Source: Promethearchaeota archaeon | GTDB lineage: Archaea > Asgardarchaeota > Thorarchaeia > Thorarchaeales > Thorarchaeaceae | Length of the DNA: 27,936 nucleotides | Assembly (NCBI GenBank): GCA_048939765.1 | Contig: JBHLPF010000037.1 | Location: forward strand, 8,353-36,288 | Direction: 5' to 3' | Part shown: piece by piece, positions 15,972 through 23,138 of the stretch | How the letters are laid out: every line of letters begins with the position of its first letter | Position numbering within the stretch: position 1 is the stretch's first letter | Position numbers and translations under genes: made by a program | The notes under the pieces: model-generated | Seen by the model: only the letters and a program-made list of their open reading frames with translations | Database searches by the model: none | What the model was told of the DNA's origin: nothing

Positions 15972-18410
15972 ATGGTGAGTCGCAAAAAGAAAGGCAAAAG
16001 GAAGAAGGAAGAAAAGACTGACAAGACTGCAGTCTATCTCTGCCGTTGCGGCTCAAACATCGCAGATACTATAGATATTGACTCACTGAGAGACAAGTAT
16101 GAATCCCAGGGGATATCTCTTGTCGAAGTGAATGACCATTTCTGTTCAGAACAGGGTGTTGTTGACCTGATCAAGTCCATCAAGAAGGGCAAGGTGGACA
16201 GAGCAGTTATAGCCGCATGTTCACCTCTACTCCATAGAGAGCTATTCTCTGATGCTGTAAAAGAGGCAGGCCTCAATCCAGGACACCTCCATATGGCAAA
16301 CATCCGAGAACAATGCAGTTGGGTCCATTATGACGATTCGAAAGTAGCCACTGCGAAGGCTGCAGCGATTATTGACACTGGACTTGCCAAAGTGCGCGAC
16401 TCATATCCCATCACCACACATGATGTTCCTATCACACAGAAGGCACTTGTCATTGGTGGCGGTGTTGCGGGTCTAACCACTGCACTGGAACTCGCTGATT
16501 CCGGCATAAGCACAGTGGTGGTAGAGAGAGAGGGCTTTCTTGGAGGGCACATGGCAAAATGGGACAAGCTGTTCCCAACGTTCGACTGTGGAATCTGTAT
16601 CCTTGGACCTCTGATGGCACGGGTTTCAAGGCATGAGAATATTCAGATTTCGACCTTGACCGACATCATAGATGTGAGAGGCGCAGTAGGCCACTATAAT
16701 GTGACTCTGAGGAAACGGGCCAGATATGTTGACATCGAGTCCTGCACCGGCTGCAACAAGTGTATCGAGGTATGTCCAGTAGAAGTAGCAGACGAGTACA
16801 ACTACGGTCTCGGGAAGAGGAAGGCCATGGTACGGCCCTTGATTGACGCTATTCCCCTTGCACCATATATCGATACCGAGAACTGTATCGGATGCCAATC
16901 TTGTGCAGGAGTCTGTGAGCCAAAATCGCTAAGATATGAGGAAGAAGAGTCTACCGAAACTATCACTGTAGGAGCCATTGTTCTAGCAACAGGTTTCATG
17001 CCATTCGACCCTCGAATAGTGGAGGAGCTTGGGTATGGAGAGAATCCCGATGTCATAACATCACTCGAACTCGAGAGGCTGTTGAATCCAGGCGGACCGA
17101 GTGGGGGCAAGCTCGTCAGGCCATCAAACGGTAAGACTCCCAATAGGGTCGTATTCATCCCATGTGTGGGGAGCCGTTCCGAGCGCTTTGGGCGACCGTA
17201 CTGTAGCAGAGCCTGCTGTACTGCCTCTGTGAAAGAAGTAGTTCAAATAAAACAGCAGATCCCGGAGGCAGAGGCTTATGTCTTCCATTCTGACATGAGG
17301 ACCTTCGGAAAGGGGCATGAAGAGCTGCAAGTCCGTGCAGCGAAGGAATACAAGGTCAATTTCATTCGAGGTGCAGTAGGCGAGGTAGTTCTAGACCCAG
17401 TTACGGGGCGGACAAGTATTCGTGCAGAAGACATCACACTTGGGCGACATCTCGAGATGGACGTAGACCTAGTTGTTCTTATGGTTGGAATGGATGCGGA
17501 ACCAAGCAATATCGCGCTTTCAAGACTACTCAAAGTGCCGCTGGATGAGAATGGCTTTTTCCTTGAGCAGCATCCCAAGCTAGGACCCAGTACCACCCCA
17601 ACGAAGGGTGTCTTTCTCTCAGGAGTGGCTCAAGGGCCAAAAGACATCTCAGACACTGTAGCTCATGCCGGGCTTGCAGCATCAAAGGTCAAGACATTGC
17701 TCGCGAGCGGAAAGGTGATTACTGAGGCTTGTGTGCCATCCTTTGACCCATCATTATGCATCAGCTGCCGTCTGTGTGAACAGACCTGCACGCCCGATGC
17801 AATCTCATTCAATGATGAAAAACATCCATTCATCAATATGGCTGCATGTAGAGGATGTGGATCGTGTGCGGCTGCATGTCCCTCCGGGGCTCTTGATCTT
17901 CCATGTCTCACAAACGAGCAGTTATTGAGCGCAACAAAAGCAGCAATAGAAAACAACCCTTTGAAACCAGCCATCGTGGGATATCTCTGCCGATGGTGCG
18001 CATATGGAGCTGCGGATAGGGCCGGAACTGCAAGGATCACCTATCCACCGAATATAATTCCAATACAAGTTCCATGTACAGGACGCCTGAATGTGGAGAC
18101 TGTTATGACTGCGTTCGCAGAAGGCGCCGATGGTGTGGCAGTCATGGGGTGCCACATTCAAGATTGTCATTATCGGTCAGGCGCCAGATACGCACAGAAC
18201 AGGATGAGCAAAGTGAGAGAGCTACTCAAGGCCTCGGGAATCGATGGAAGTCGCCTGTACTTTGGTAGCGCTTCAGCCTCTGAGGCAGATAGCTTTGCAG
18301 AACAGGTGACAAGATTCGTAAACAGAATTACACGGCTCGGACCATTGGGTAGAGAGATGGTGGAGAAACCCATTGTCAAACCTCCTGTGAAAGAGGCAGT
18401 GGGAGGCTAG
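15972..18410 (+). CDS. hdrA: Heterodisulfide reductase subunit A fused to a C-terminal MvhD [2Fe-2S] domain
   Basis: CRCGSNIA, ACSP, NIREQCSWVH, GGGVAG FAD motif, FPTFDCGIC, CVGSR...YCSRACC, GPKDI. The C-terminal YLCRWCAYGAAD, PCTGR and GCHIQDCHY motifs are MvhD. Confidence 0.93.
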   Translation: MVSRKKKGKRKKEEKTDKTAVYLCRCGSNIADTIDIDSLRDKYESQGISLVEVNDHFCSEQGVVDLIKSIKKGKVDRAVIAACSPLLHRELFSDAVKEAGLNPGHLHMANIREQCSWVHYDDSKVATAKAAAIIDTGLAKVRDSYPITTHDVPITQKALVIGGGVAGLTTALELADSGISTVVVEREGFLGGHMAKWDKLFPTFDCGICILGPLMARVSRHENIQISTLTDIIDVRGAVGHYNVTLRKRARYVDIESCTGCNKCIEVCPVEVADEYNYGLGKRKAMVRPLIDAIPLAPYIDTENCIGCQSCAGVCEPKSLRYEEEESTETITVGAIVLATGFMPFDPRIVEELGYGENPDVITSLELERLLNPGGPSGGKLVRPSNGKTPNRVVFIPCVGSRSERFGRPYCSRACCTASVKEVVQIKQQIPEAEAYVFHSDMRTFGKGHEELQVRAAKEYKVNFIRGAVGEVVLDPVTGRTSIRAEDITLGRHLEMDVDLVVLMVGMDAEPSNIALSRLLKVPLDENGFFLEQHPKLGPSTTPTKGVFLSGVAQGPKDISDTVAHAGLAASKVKTLLASGKVITEACVPSFDPSLCISCRLCEQTCTPDAISFNDEKHPFINMAACRGCGSCAAACPSGALDLPCLTNEQLLSATKAAIENNPLKPAIVGYLCRWCAYGAADRAGTARITYPPNIIPIQVPCTGRLNVETVMTAFAEGADGVAVMGCHIQDCHYRSGARYAQNRMSKVRELLKASGIDGSRLYFGSASASEADSFAEQVTRFVNRITRLGPLGREMVEKPIVKPPVKEAVGG

Positions 18411-18414
18411 CCTC

Positions 18415-19767
18415 ATGTCACGACGAAATGTCACTGTTGGTGAGAAGCCAATCGTGTCTATGGATATCGATGAGGGAAAAGTCAAGCTCGAATGGAAGAC
18501 TTCTCTGCTGAAGAAGACGCTTGACCATGTGATTGACAGATGCGTGGGCTGCAGTCTATGTCTACCCTGCCCTTGGGAGGCAATTACACTCGGACCAGTT
18601 CAGGAAACAGCAGCGGGGAGAATTGAGGGGGCGCCTCTCGTAAATGTAGACCCTGAGCTCTGTACCTTCTGCGGACTCTGCGACTCTTCCTGTATCTTCA
18701 AGGCCTTCGAGGCTAGATACGAGGGAGAAGGAGCAATCAATGACTTTGTTGACATTGATGGGGTTCATAGAATTGACGAGGAGAAATGTGCTCCATGTCT
18801 TCTCTGTGAAAAGGTCTGTCCTACTGGTTCTCTGCATGCTGAAGTGAAGATCGACTGGAAGAAGGACCTAGTCAAATACGAAGGTGAGGAGTCAGCCAAG
18901 GGTACGATAAAGATAGACGAGGACAAATGTTCCCTCTGTGGGCTATGTGAACTTCTATGTCCAGAGGCCATCAAGATTTACTGGTCAGACTCAGCGGAGC
19001 CGCCAGACTTCAGACCAGCAGTGAGTATAAGAGCTATTGATGAGGAATGCGACTACTGTGGCTTGTGCGCAAAGATATGCCCTGATGAGGCCATCACAGT
19101 CGAATGCACAGAGTCCAGCCCTCGAACCATCAAGGAGCCTACCATCTCAGGCACCCTACAGCACAATGATGAAACCTGCGTCAAATGCGGCCTCTGCGCG
19201 CAAGTCTGTCCGTATGATGCTCTTGAAGTCAAGAAACCGTTCTCTGGAGAGCTTGTTGTTGCAAGGCGTGACAAGTGTGACCCGATTGGCTGCCATAATT
19301 GCTTCAACATCTGCCCAGTCAAAGCAATCTATCCCACAGGAACTGATGAGAAGATTGCCATAACTGACAACTGCGTCTACTGCGGTGCATGTGAACACTC
19401 CTGTCCATATGACGTCCTGGAAACTAGGCGTGAGGGTTACAATGTTCAGGAACTCGAAAAGGTACGCGAATGGGAGAAGGCACGGAGGCTGTTCTTCGAG
19501 GCTGTCATCGGCAAAGATCCACCCAAGAGTGGGCTATTTGAGAGAGATATAACTGTTCTAGCGGCTGAGAGGGCACGAGTCAATATACGAGAGGGACAGG
19601 GTTGGGAAGAGGATGATGCCATTCGTGAGAAGGCCATTAAAATTGCCAAGCATACGCTAAACCTTCTGAAGTCAAGTCCAAGGCTAACCCTGCAAGTGGA
19701 AAGGGGTCAACTCGATAAGGTTGTTGAGAAAATCAAGGGGCCTCCAGAAGCGAGTCGAGAGAAGTAA
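18415..19767 (+). CDS. fwdF: Polyferredoxin FwdF-like
   Basis: About eight CxxCxxCxxxCP-type motifs; the N-terminal CPWEAITLGP...GRIEGAPLVNVD is FwdF-like. Confidence 0.82.
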   Translation: MSRRNVTVGEKPIVSMDIDEGKVKLEWKTSLLKKTLDHVIDRCVGCSLCLPCPWEAITLGPVQETAAGRIEGAPLVNVDPELCTFCGLCDSSCIFKAFEARYEGEGAINDFVDIDGVHRIDEEKCAPCLLCEKVCPTGSLHAEVKIDWKKDLVKYEGEESAKGTIKIDEDKCSLCGLCELLCPEAIKIYWSDSAEPPDFRPAVSIRAIDEECDYCGLCAKICPDEAITVECTESSPRTIKEPTISGTLQHNDETCVKCGLCAQVCPYDALEVKKPFSGELVVARRDKCDPIGCHNCFNICPVKAIYPTGTDEKIAITDNCVYCGACEHSCPYDVLETRREGYNVQELEKVREWEKARRLFFEAVIGKDPPKSGLFERDITVLAAERARVNIREGQGWEEDDAIREKAIKIAKHTLNLLKSSPRLTLQVERGQLDKVVEKIKGPPEASREK

Positions 19768-20131
19768 CCTTGTCATCTGTCTTTGTGGCAGTTATCTTAA
19801 TACCATGCATCTTCGGCGGTGATCTGTCTGTCGGGACAGCAACGAGAGAAAGAGCCCAAGGACCACGAGGCATTGATGCTACACCATCCGCAAGCCGTTC
19901 ATCAACATAACCACTCACAATGACTTGAGCAGTGCCCGATTTGATATTGACAGAGCCGCTCTCCTTAATTCCTAGCCTCTGGAAGTCACTCTTGCTGAAG
20001 GACACCCTGGCTGCGATGTTCTGATACTCTTTTGAGCTCTTGTCCTTTTGAGCTTCGATATCAACCTCAAAGGAATGAGCTATCATTAATTTCAATTCAA
20101 GATGTGGAAAGAGAAAATCACCTAACGCCAT
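19733..20131 (-). CDS. fwdD: FwdD-like molybdopterin-dinucleotide-binding-domain protein, degenerate
   Basis: DFQRLGIKESGSVNIKS...GVASMPRGPWA...TD...TDDKV matches the FwdD pattern; the usual TGR and GPWAN residues are altered. Confidence 0.72.
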   Translation of the reverse strand: MALGDFLFPHLELKLMIAHSFEVDIEAQKDKSSKEYQNIAARVSFSKSDFQRLGIKESGSVNIKSGTAQVIVSGYVDERLADGVASMPRGPWALSLVAVPTDRSPPKMHGIKITATKTDDKVTSLDSLLEAP

Positions 20132-20158
20132 CTCTGCCTCGCCTAGAGTGTAAATCGA

Positions 20159-20725
20159 TTAGGTCAGACCACCTGCTTCTAGGATTTTAATAGCTAGTTC
20201 GAGGAAAGACGCCTCAACATTATAACCAGTCTTTGCTGAGGTTTCAAGAAAGCTTGTGTGAACACCGCGCTCTCTAATCCGACCTGCAAGAGCTTCGCCC
20301 TCCGCTGTCGTGACAAGGGTCTGCTGCATCACTGGATTGTCCTTGAACTGGTCTCTGAGGTCGATCTTATTGCCTATTAGAACGATTGGTATCTTCTTAC
20401 CTGCATTGTTCCAGCACTCGTCAAGCCAGTTTTCGATGTTATCAAATGATATACGTTCCACAGTTGAATAGACAGCCAATGCACCCTGCGCACCCCTGTA
20501 GAATGTAGAACGTACATTCTTGAAATGCTCTTGCCCGGCAAGATCCCAGATTTGAATGCTGACATCATGTCCGCCCTCAAGGCTCATCTTCTTGACAGCG
20601 AAGTCAGCTCCAATGGTGATCATATAGTTGGCTTTGAAGCTCTCACCCATATACCGTCGTCTAAGACTTGTCTTCCCTACCGAGCCGTCGCCCATCAAGA
20701 TCACTTTGAAGAGTGCTGAGACCAT
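20159..20725 (-). CDS. Rab-like small GTPase with an insertion after G4
   Basis: GDGSVGKT, TIGADF, IQIWDLAGQ, FYRGA, NKID, ETSAK. Confidence 0.93.
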   Translation of the reverse strand: MVSALFKVILMGDGSVGKTSLRRRYMGESFKANYMITIGADFAVKKMSLEGGHDVSIQIWDLAGQEHFKNVRSTFYRGAQGALAVYSTVERISFDNIENWLDECWNNAGKKIPIVLIGNKIDLRDQFKDNPVMQQTLVTTAEGEALAGRIRERGVHTSFLETSAKTGYNVEASFLELAIKILEAGGLT

Positions 20726-20870
20726 CTAAAGACCTCCTCGTGCCCATGTTCGGGAACTAAGGCGGTATTTTACGTTTGTGCTATTTGAGTCTATGTCGAT
20801 TGAATGAACTGTCAATTTTGACATAACCAAAGATACAAAGATGATTGCCGCAATGGCCTGATGACCTGCA

Positions 20871-21515
20871 ATGGCGGATGATATTCTAGAGTATTGGATG
20901 GCTGAAGCGCGCGAACTCGCCTCAAGGTTCAATGTTGAGGAATTCGATAAGAGCTCGGCGTTCTGGAACTGGGACAATTTCGGAAAGGAAATTGTCAAGC
21001 TTAAGAAAGTCTTGAATCTGGGAGAAGAGTATCTAGATATTCTCGGGCTTAGAGTCGACTTCGAAACTGGTAAGACAGAGGACCTGCTAACAGGCAAAGA
21101 GTTTCAAACAAGCCGATTACTCCCTCATCTCTACTACTACACGAAGGCGAAGGATGTGGGAGTTGCTGGTGAGTGGTCCAAATATAATGCCCTCCAAGGC
21201 TCTTGGGCGTGTAGATATTCTTACGACGAGGAAGATATCAAAGCACTGACTACTGTTTTTCTCGAGAAAAGGGAACAGCTCTTCGATACTCTTGAGAGAC
21301 TTGGAGCCAAGAGAGTGGACCACGGGGATGCGGGATTCGAGCTGGAGTTCCTTCCAAAGGTCAAGGTGTTAATCATATTCGAGAACGAAGATGATGAGTT
21401 CCCGGCTAGTGTTCGGCTTTTGTATGACAAGAACTCGATTTACTACCAACCGCATGAGATGCTCGGTGAAATCAGCTGGTTCCTAGCTTCCCGAGTGTTC
21501 AAGGCTTTAGCATAG
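20871..21515 (+). CDS. DUF3786-domain protein
   Basis: GDAGFELEFLPKVKVLIIFENEDDEFPASVRLLYD is the characteristic DUF3786 C-terminal motif. Confidence 0.75.
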   Translation: MADDILEYWMAEARELASRFNVEEFDKSSAFWNWDNFGKEIVKLKKVLNLGEEYLDILGLRVDFETGKTEDLLTGKEFQTSRLLPHLYYYTKAKDVGVAGEWSKYNALQGSWACRYSYDEEDIKALTTVFLEKREQLFDTLERLGAKRVDHGDAGFELEFLPKVKVLIIFENEDDEFPASVRLLYDKNSIYYQPHEMLGEISWFLASRVFKALA

Positions 21516-21610
21516 TGGCAATTAACCATAATTCATCGTCTTATCATCAAGCAGTAGTGTCAGAAGGGCCTGAGAAAAAGAAGCATGGAGAAAGCAGATT
21601 TCTTGACGAG

Positions 21611-22528
21611 TCATTTGCGAATCTTGGAATAAATCACAATTCCCAATACAAGGCATGCTATGGAAACTAGAGTAGTCACAAGGAGTAGGCCATTTCCATT
21701 GGCACCTGGAAATGTTGATACTGAACCGCCGAGCTTGTACAGAGTTGCCGAACCTGAGCCTTCGCATGTCCAAAATGCACCGTCAAACCAGGTCAGACCG
21801 CTACTAGCTCCTTCGGTTTCCATAACACCAATTGATCGCAGAGAGTTTCCATAGGAATCAGCTGCCTCCCATACATGAATTGCATCCAAGGAAGCTCCAG
21901 GTTTTGAGCAATAGATGAGTCCGTCCACCTCAACATAGTCCTGGATGTTTTCCGTTGGTGGAGGACTAATATCATTCAGGCGGTTCCTGTCAAGGTCATA
22001 CACATAGAGATTACTGGTCCCGTAGTTTCCGATGTAAACTCTCTCAAGCTGAGGAAGGATAAATATTCCACCCCAGTGCACATTGCCAATGGTGCTGCTG
22101 TTAATCCACTCATCAACAAGTAGAAGGTCAGTATCATATCGGACAATCTTGGAAGGATTATTGGGAACAAGCCCTCTTTCAGAAAGAGGTATCCAAAGAA
22201 GCCCATCATAGAAGACCATCCCTCCGCAATGATTGAGCGTGCCGTCACGCACAAGCACTTCATCAATATAGGTTCCGTTGGGGAAGAGTTTGTATAACCA
22301 GGCATCGCCGTTGCCAAACACAGTCTCTGCGGTGCTGATGTAAAAATACTCTCCATCGGTTGCGAGCCCCTCCACTTCACTCTCGGCAAACCATGTGAGT
22401 TCAATTGAGAGCTCGACCTCTGCTATATGCATCACGCTTTGCGATTGTATCAAATGAGTAAAGGAACAGCCCGTAGGCAAAACCAGCAATAATCCGAGGA
22501 CCAATGGTAATTCCAAACAGCGCTGCAC
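21611..22528 (-). CDS. Secreted/membrane-anchored beta-propeller protein
   Basis: Hydrophobic N-terminal signal; five blade-like repeats (EGLATDGEYFYIS, GGMVFYDGLLWIP, GGIFI...VYIG, QDYVEVDGLIYCS, SGLTWFDGAFWTC); C-terminal TM helix followed by KIRK. Confidence 0.7.
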   Translation of the reverse strand: MQRCLELPLVLGLLLVLPTGCSFTHLIQSQSVMHIAEVELSIELTWFAESEVEGLATDGEYFYISTAETVFGNGDAWLYKLFPNGTYIDEVLVRDGTLNHCGGMVFYDGLLWIPLSERGLVPNNPSKIVRYDTDLLLVDEWINSSTIGNVHWGGIFILPQLERVYIGNYGTSNLYVYDLDRNRLNDISPPPTENIQDYVEVDGLIYCSKPGASLDAIHVWEAADSYGNSLRSIGVMETEGASSGLTWFDGAFWTCEGSGSATLYKLGGSVSTFPGANGNGLLLVTTLVSIACLVLGIVIYSKIRK

Positions 22529-22733
22529 TTCCTACAACCAAGTAGCGCTCTTGATTGATGTTCATAAGCTTTGCCGCGCACAATACATAGCTCATATCAT
22601 CGCCATGGAATTCACGCCACTGGCGAAGCGTCTGGCGCACCAATAGTTGTTTTAATGGTGTCTGGAATGCGAGGACAGCAAGAAATCACATACACGCTGG
22701 TTAGGCCATTGTAGGTCAGTTTACTTTCGGAAA

Positions 22734-22770
22734 TCAGTCCCCCTCGGCGGAGTTTCTCTGAGAGGACTGA
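22734..22770. other. Inverted repeat/stem-loop in the divergent intergenic region upstream of the polB2 operon
   Basis: TCAGTCC (22734-22740) and GGACTGA (22764-22770) form a perfect stem enclosing further pairable CTCGG/CTGAG or CGGAG/CTCTG segments. Confidence 0.5.
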
Positions 22771-22877
22771 AACGACCCGCAAAAACCACAACGAACGGGG
22801 TTCTAACAATCTGGCCTGACTAGCCAAGACACCGCCCATCACAACACCGAACAACACGCCATTGATAGGGATGAAGC

Positions 22878-23138
22878 ATGGGAAGAACTGCACGAACGTT
22901 TCGCGAAAGCATTCGCGTAGAAGAATCTAGGTGGAAGGGATTCCGAAGGGTATTGACGCCACAGGAACGGGAAGCACTTGACCACATATTCGATAGTGCC
23001 CGAGAGTATGCCGACGCTGGAACCATGATGGTGACACCGCGTGTACTAGAGGTCGCCTTCGTGTCCATGTTTCTCAATATGCGAAGCGAGATTGATGGTC
23101 TCCGTCAGAAGGTCGCAGAGTTAGAGAAGGATGCATGA
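22878..23138 (+). CDS. Small helical protein associated with PolB2 (arCOG07300-like)
   Basis: MGRT..TFR...E..RW..FRR.L...EREA.D..F..AR pattern with a C-terminal coiled coil; ATGA overlap with the polymerase gene. Confidence 0.8.
   Translation: MGRTARTFRESIRVEESRWKGFRRVLTPQEREALDHIFDSAREYADAGTMMVTPRVLEVAFVSMFLNMRSEIDGLRQKVAELEKDA

Noticed and set aside
13995-18410. Possible selenocysteine (TGA) recoding in FwdB, HdrA or MvhD
   Set aside because: All three reading frames are open with no in-frame TGA; the relevant positions are Cys or Gly.
21614-21631. YSKI (YxxPhi-like) and KIRK sorting signals in the propeller protein tail
   Set aside because: They directly abut the TM helix and are explained by the positive-inside rule; short motifs like these arise by chance.
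22730-22773. Sequence ending GGACTGAAAC resembles a CRISPR repeat
   Set aside because: Only one copy, with no spacer-repeat array and no cas genes in the window.
22793-22803. Gram-positive-type LexA/SOS box
   Set aside because: The spacing is GAAC-N3-GTTC rather than N4 and no lexA is visible; kept only as a generic palindrome.
22612-22893. 93-aa minus-strand ORF in the intergenic region
   Set aside because: No motif, atypical composition, and it overlaps the start of the PolB2-associated gene.
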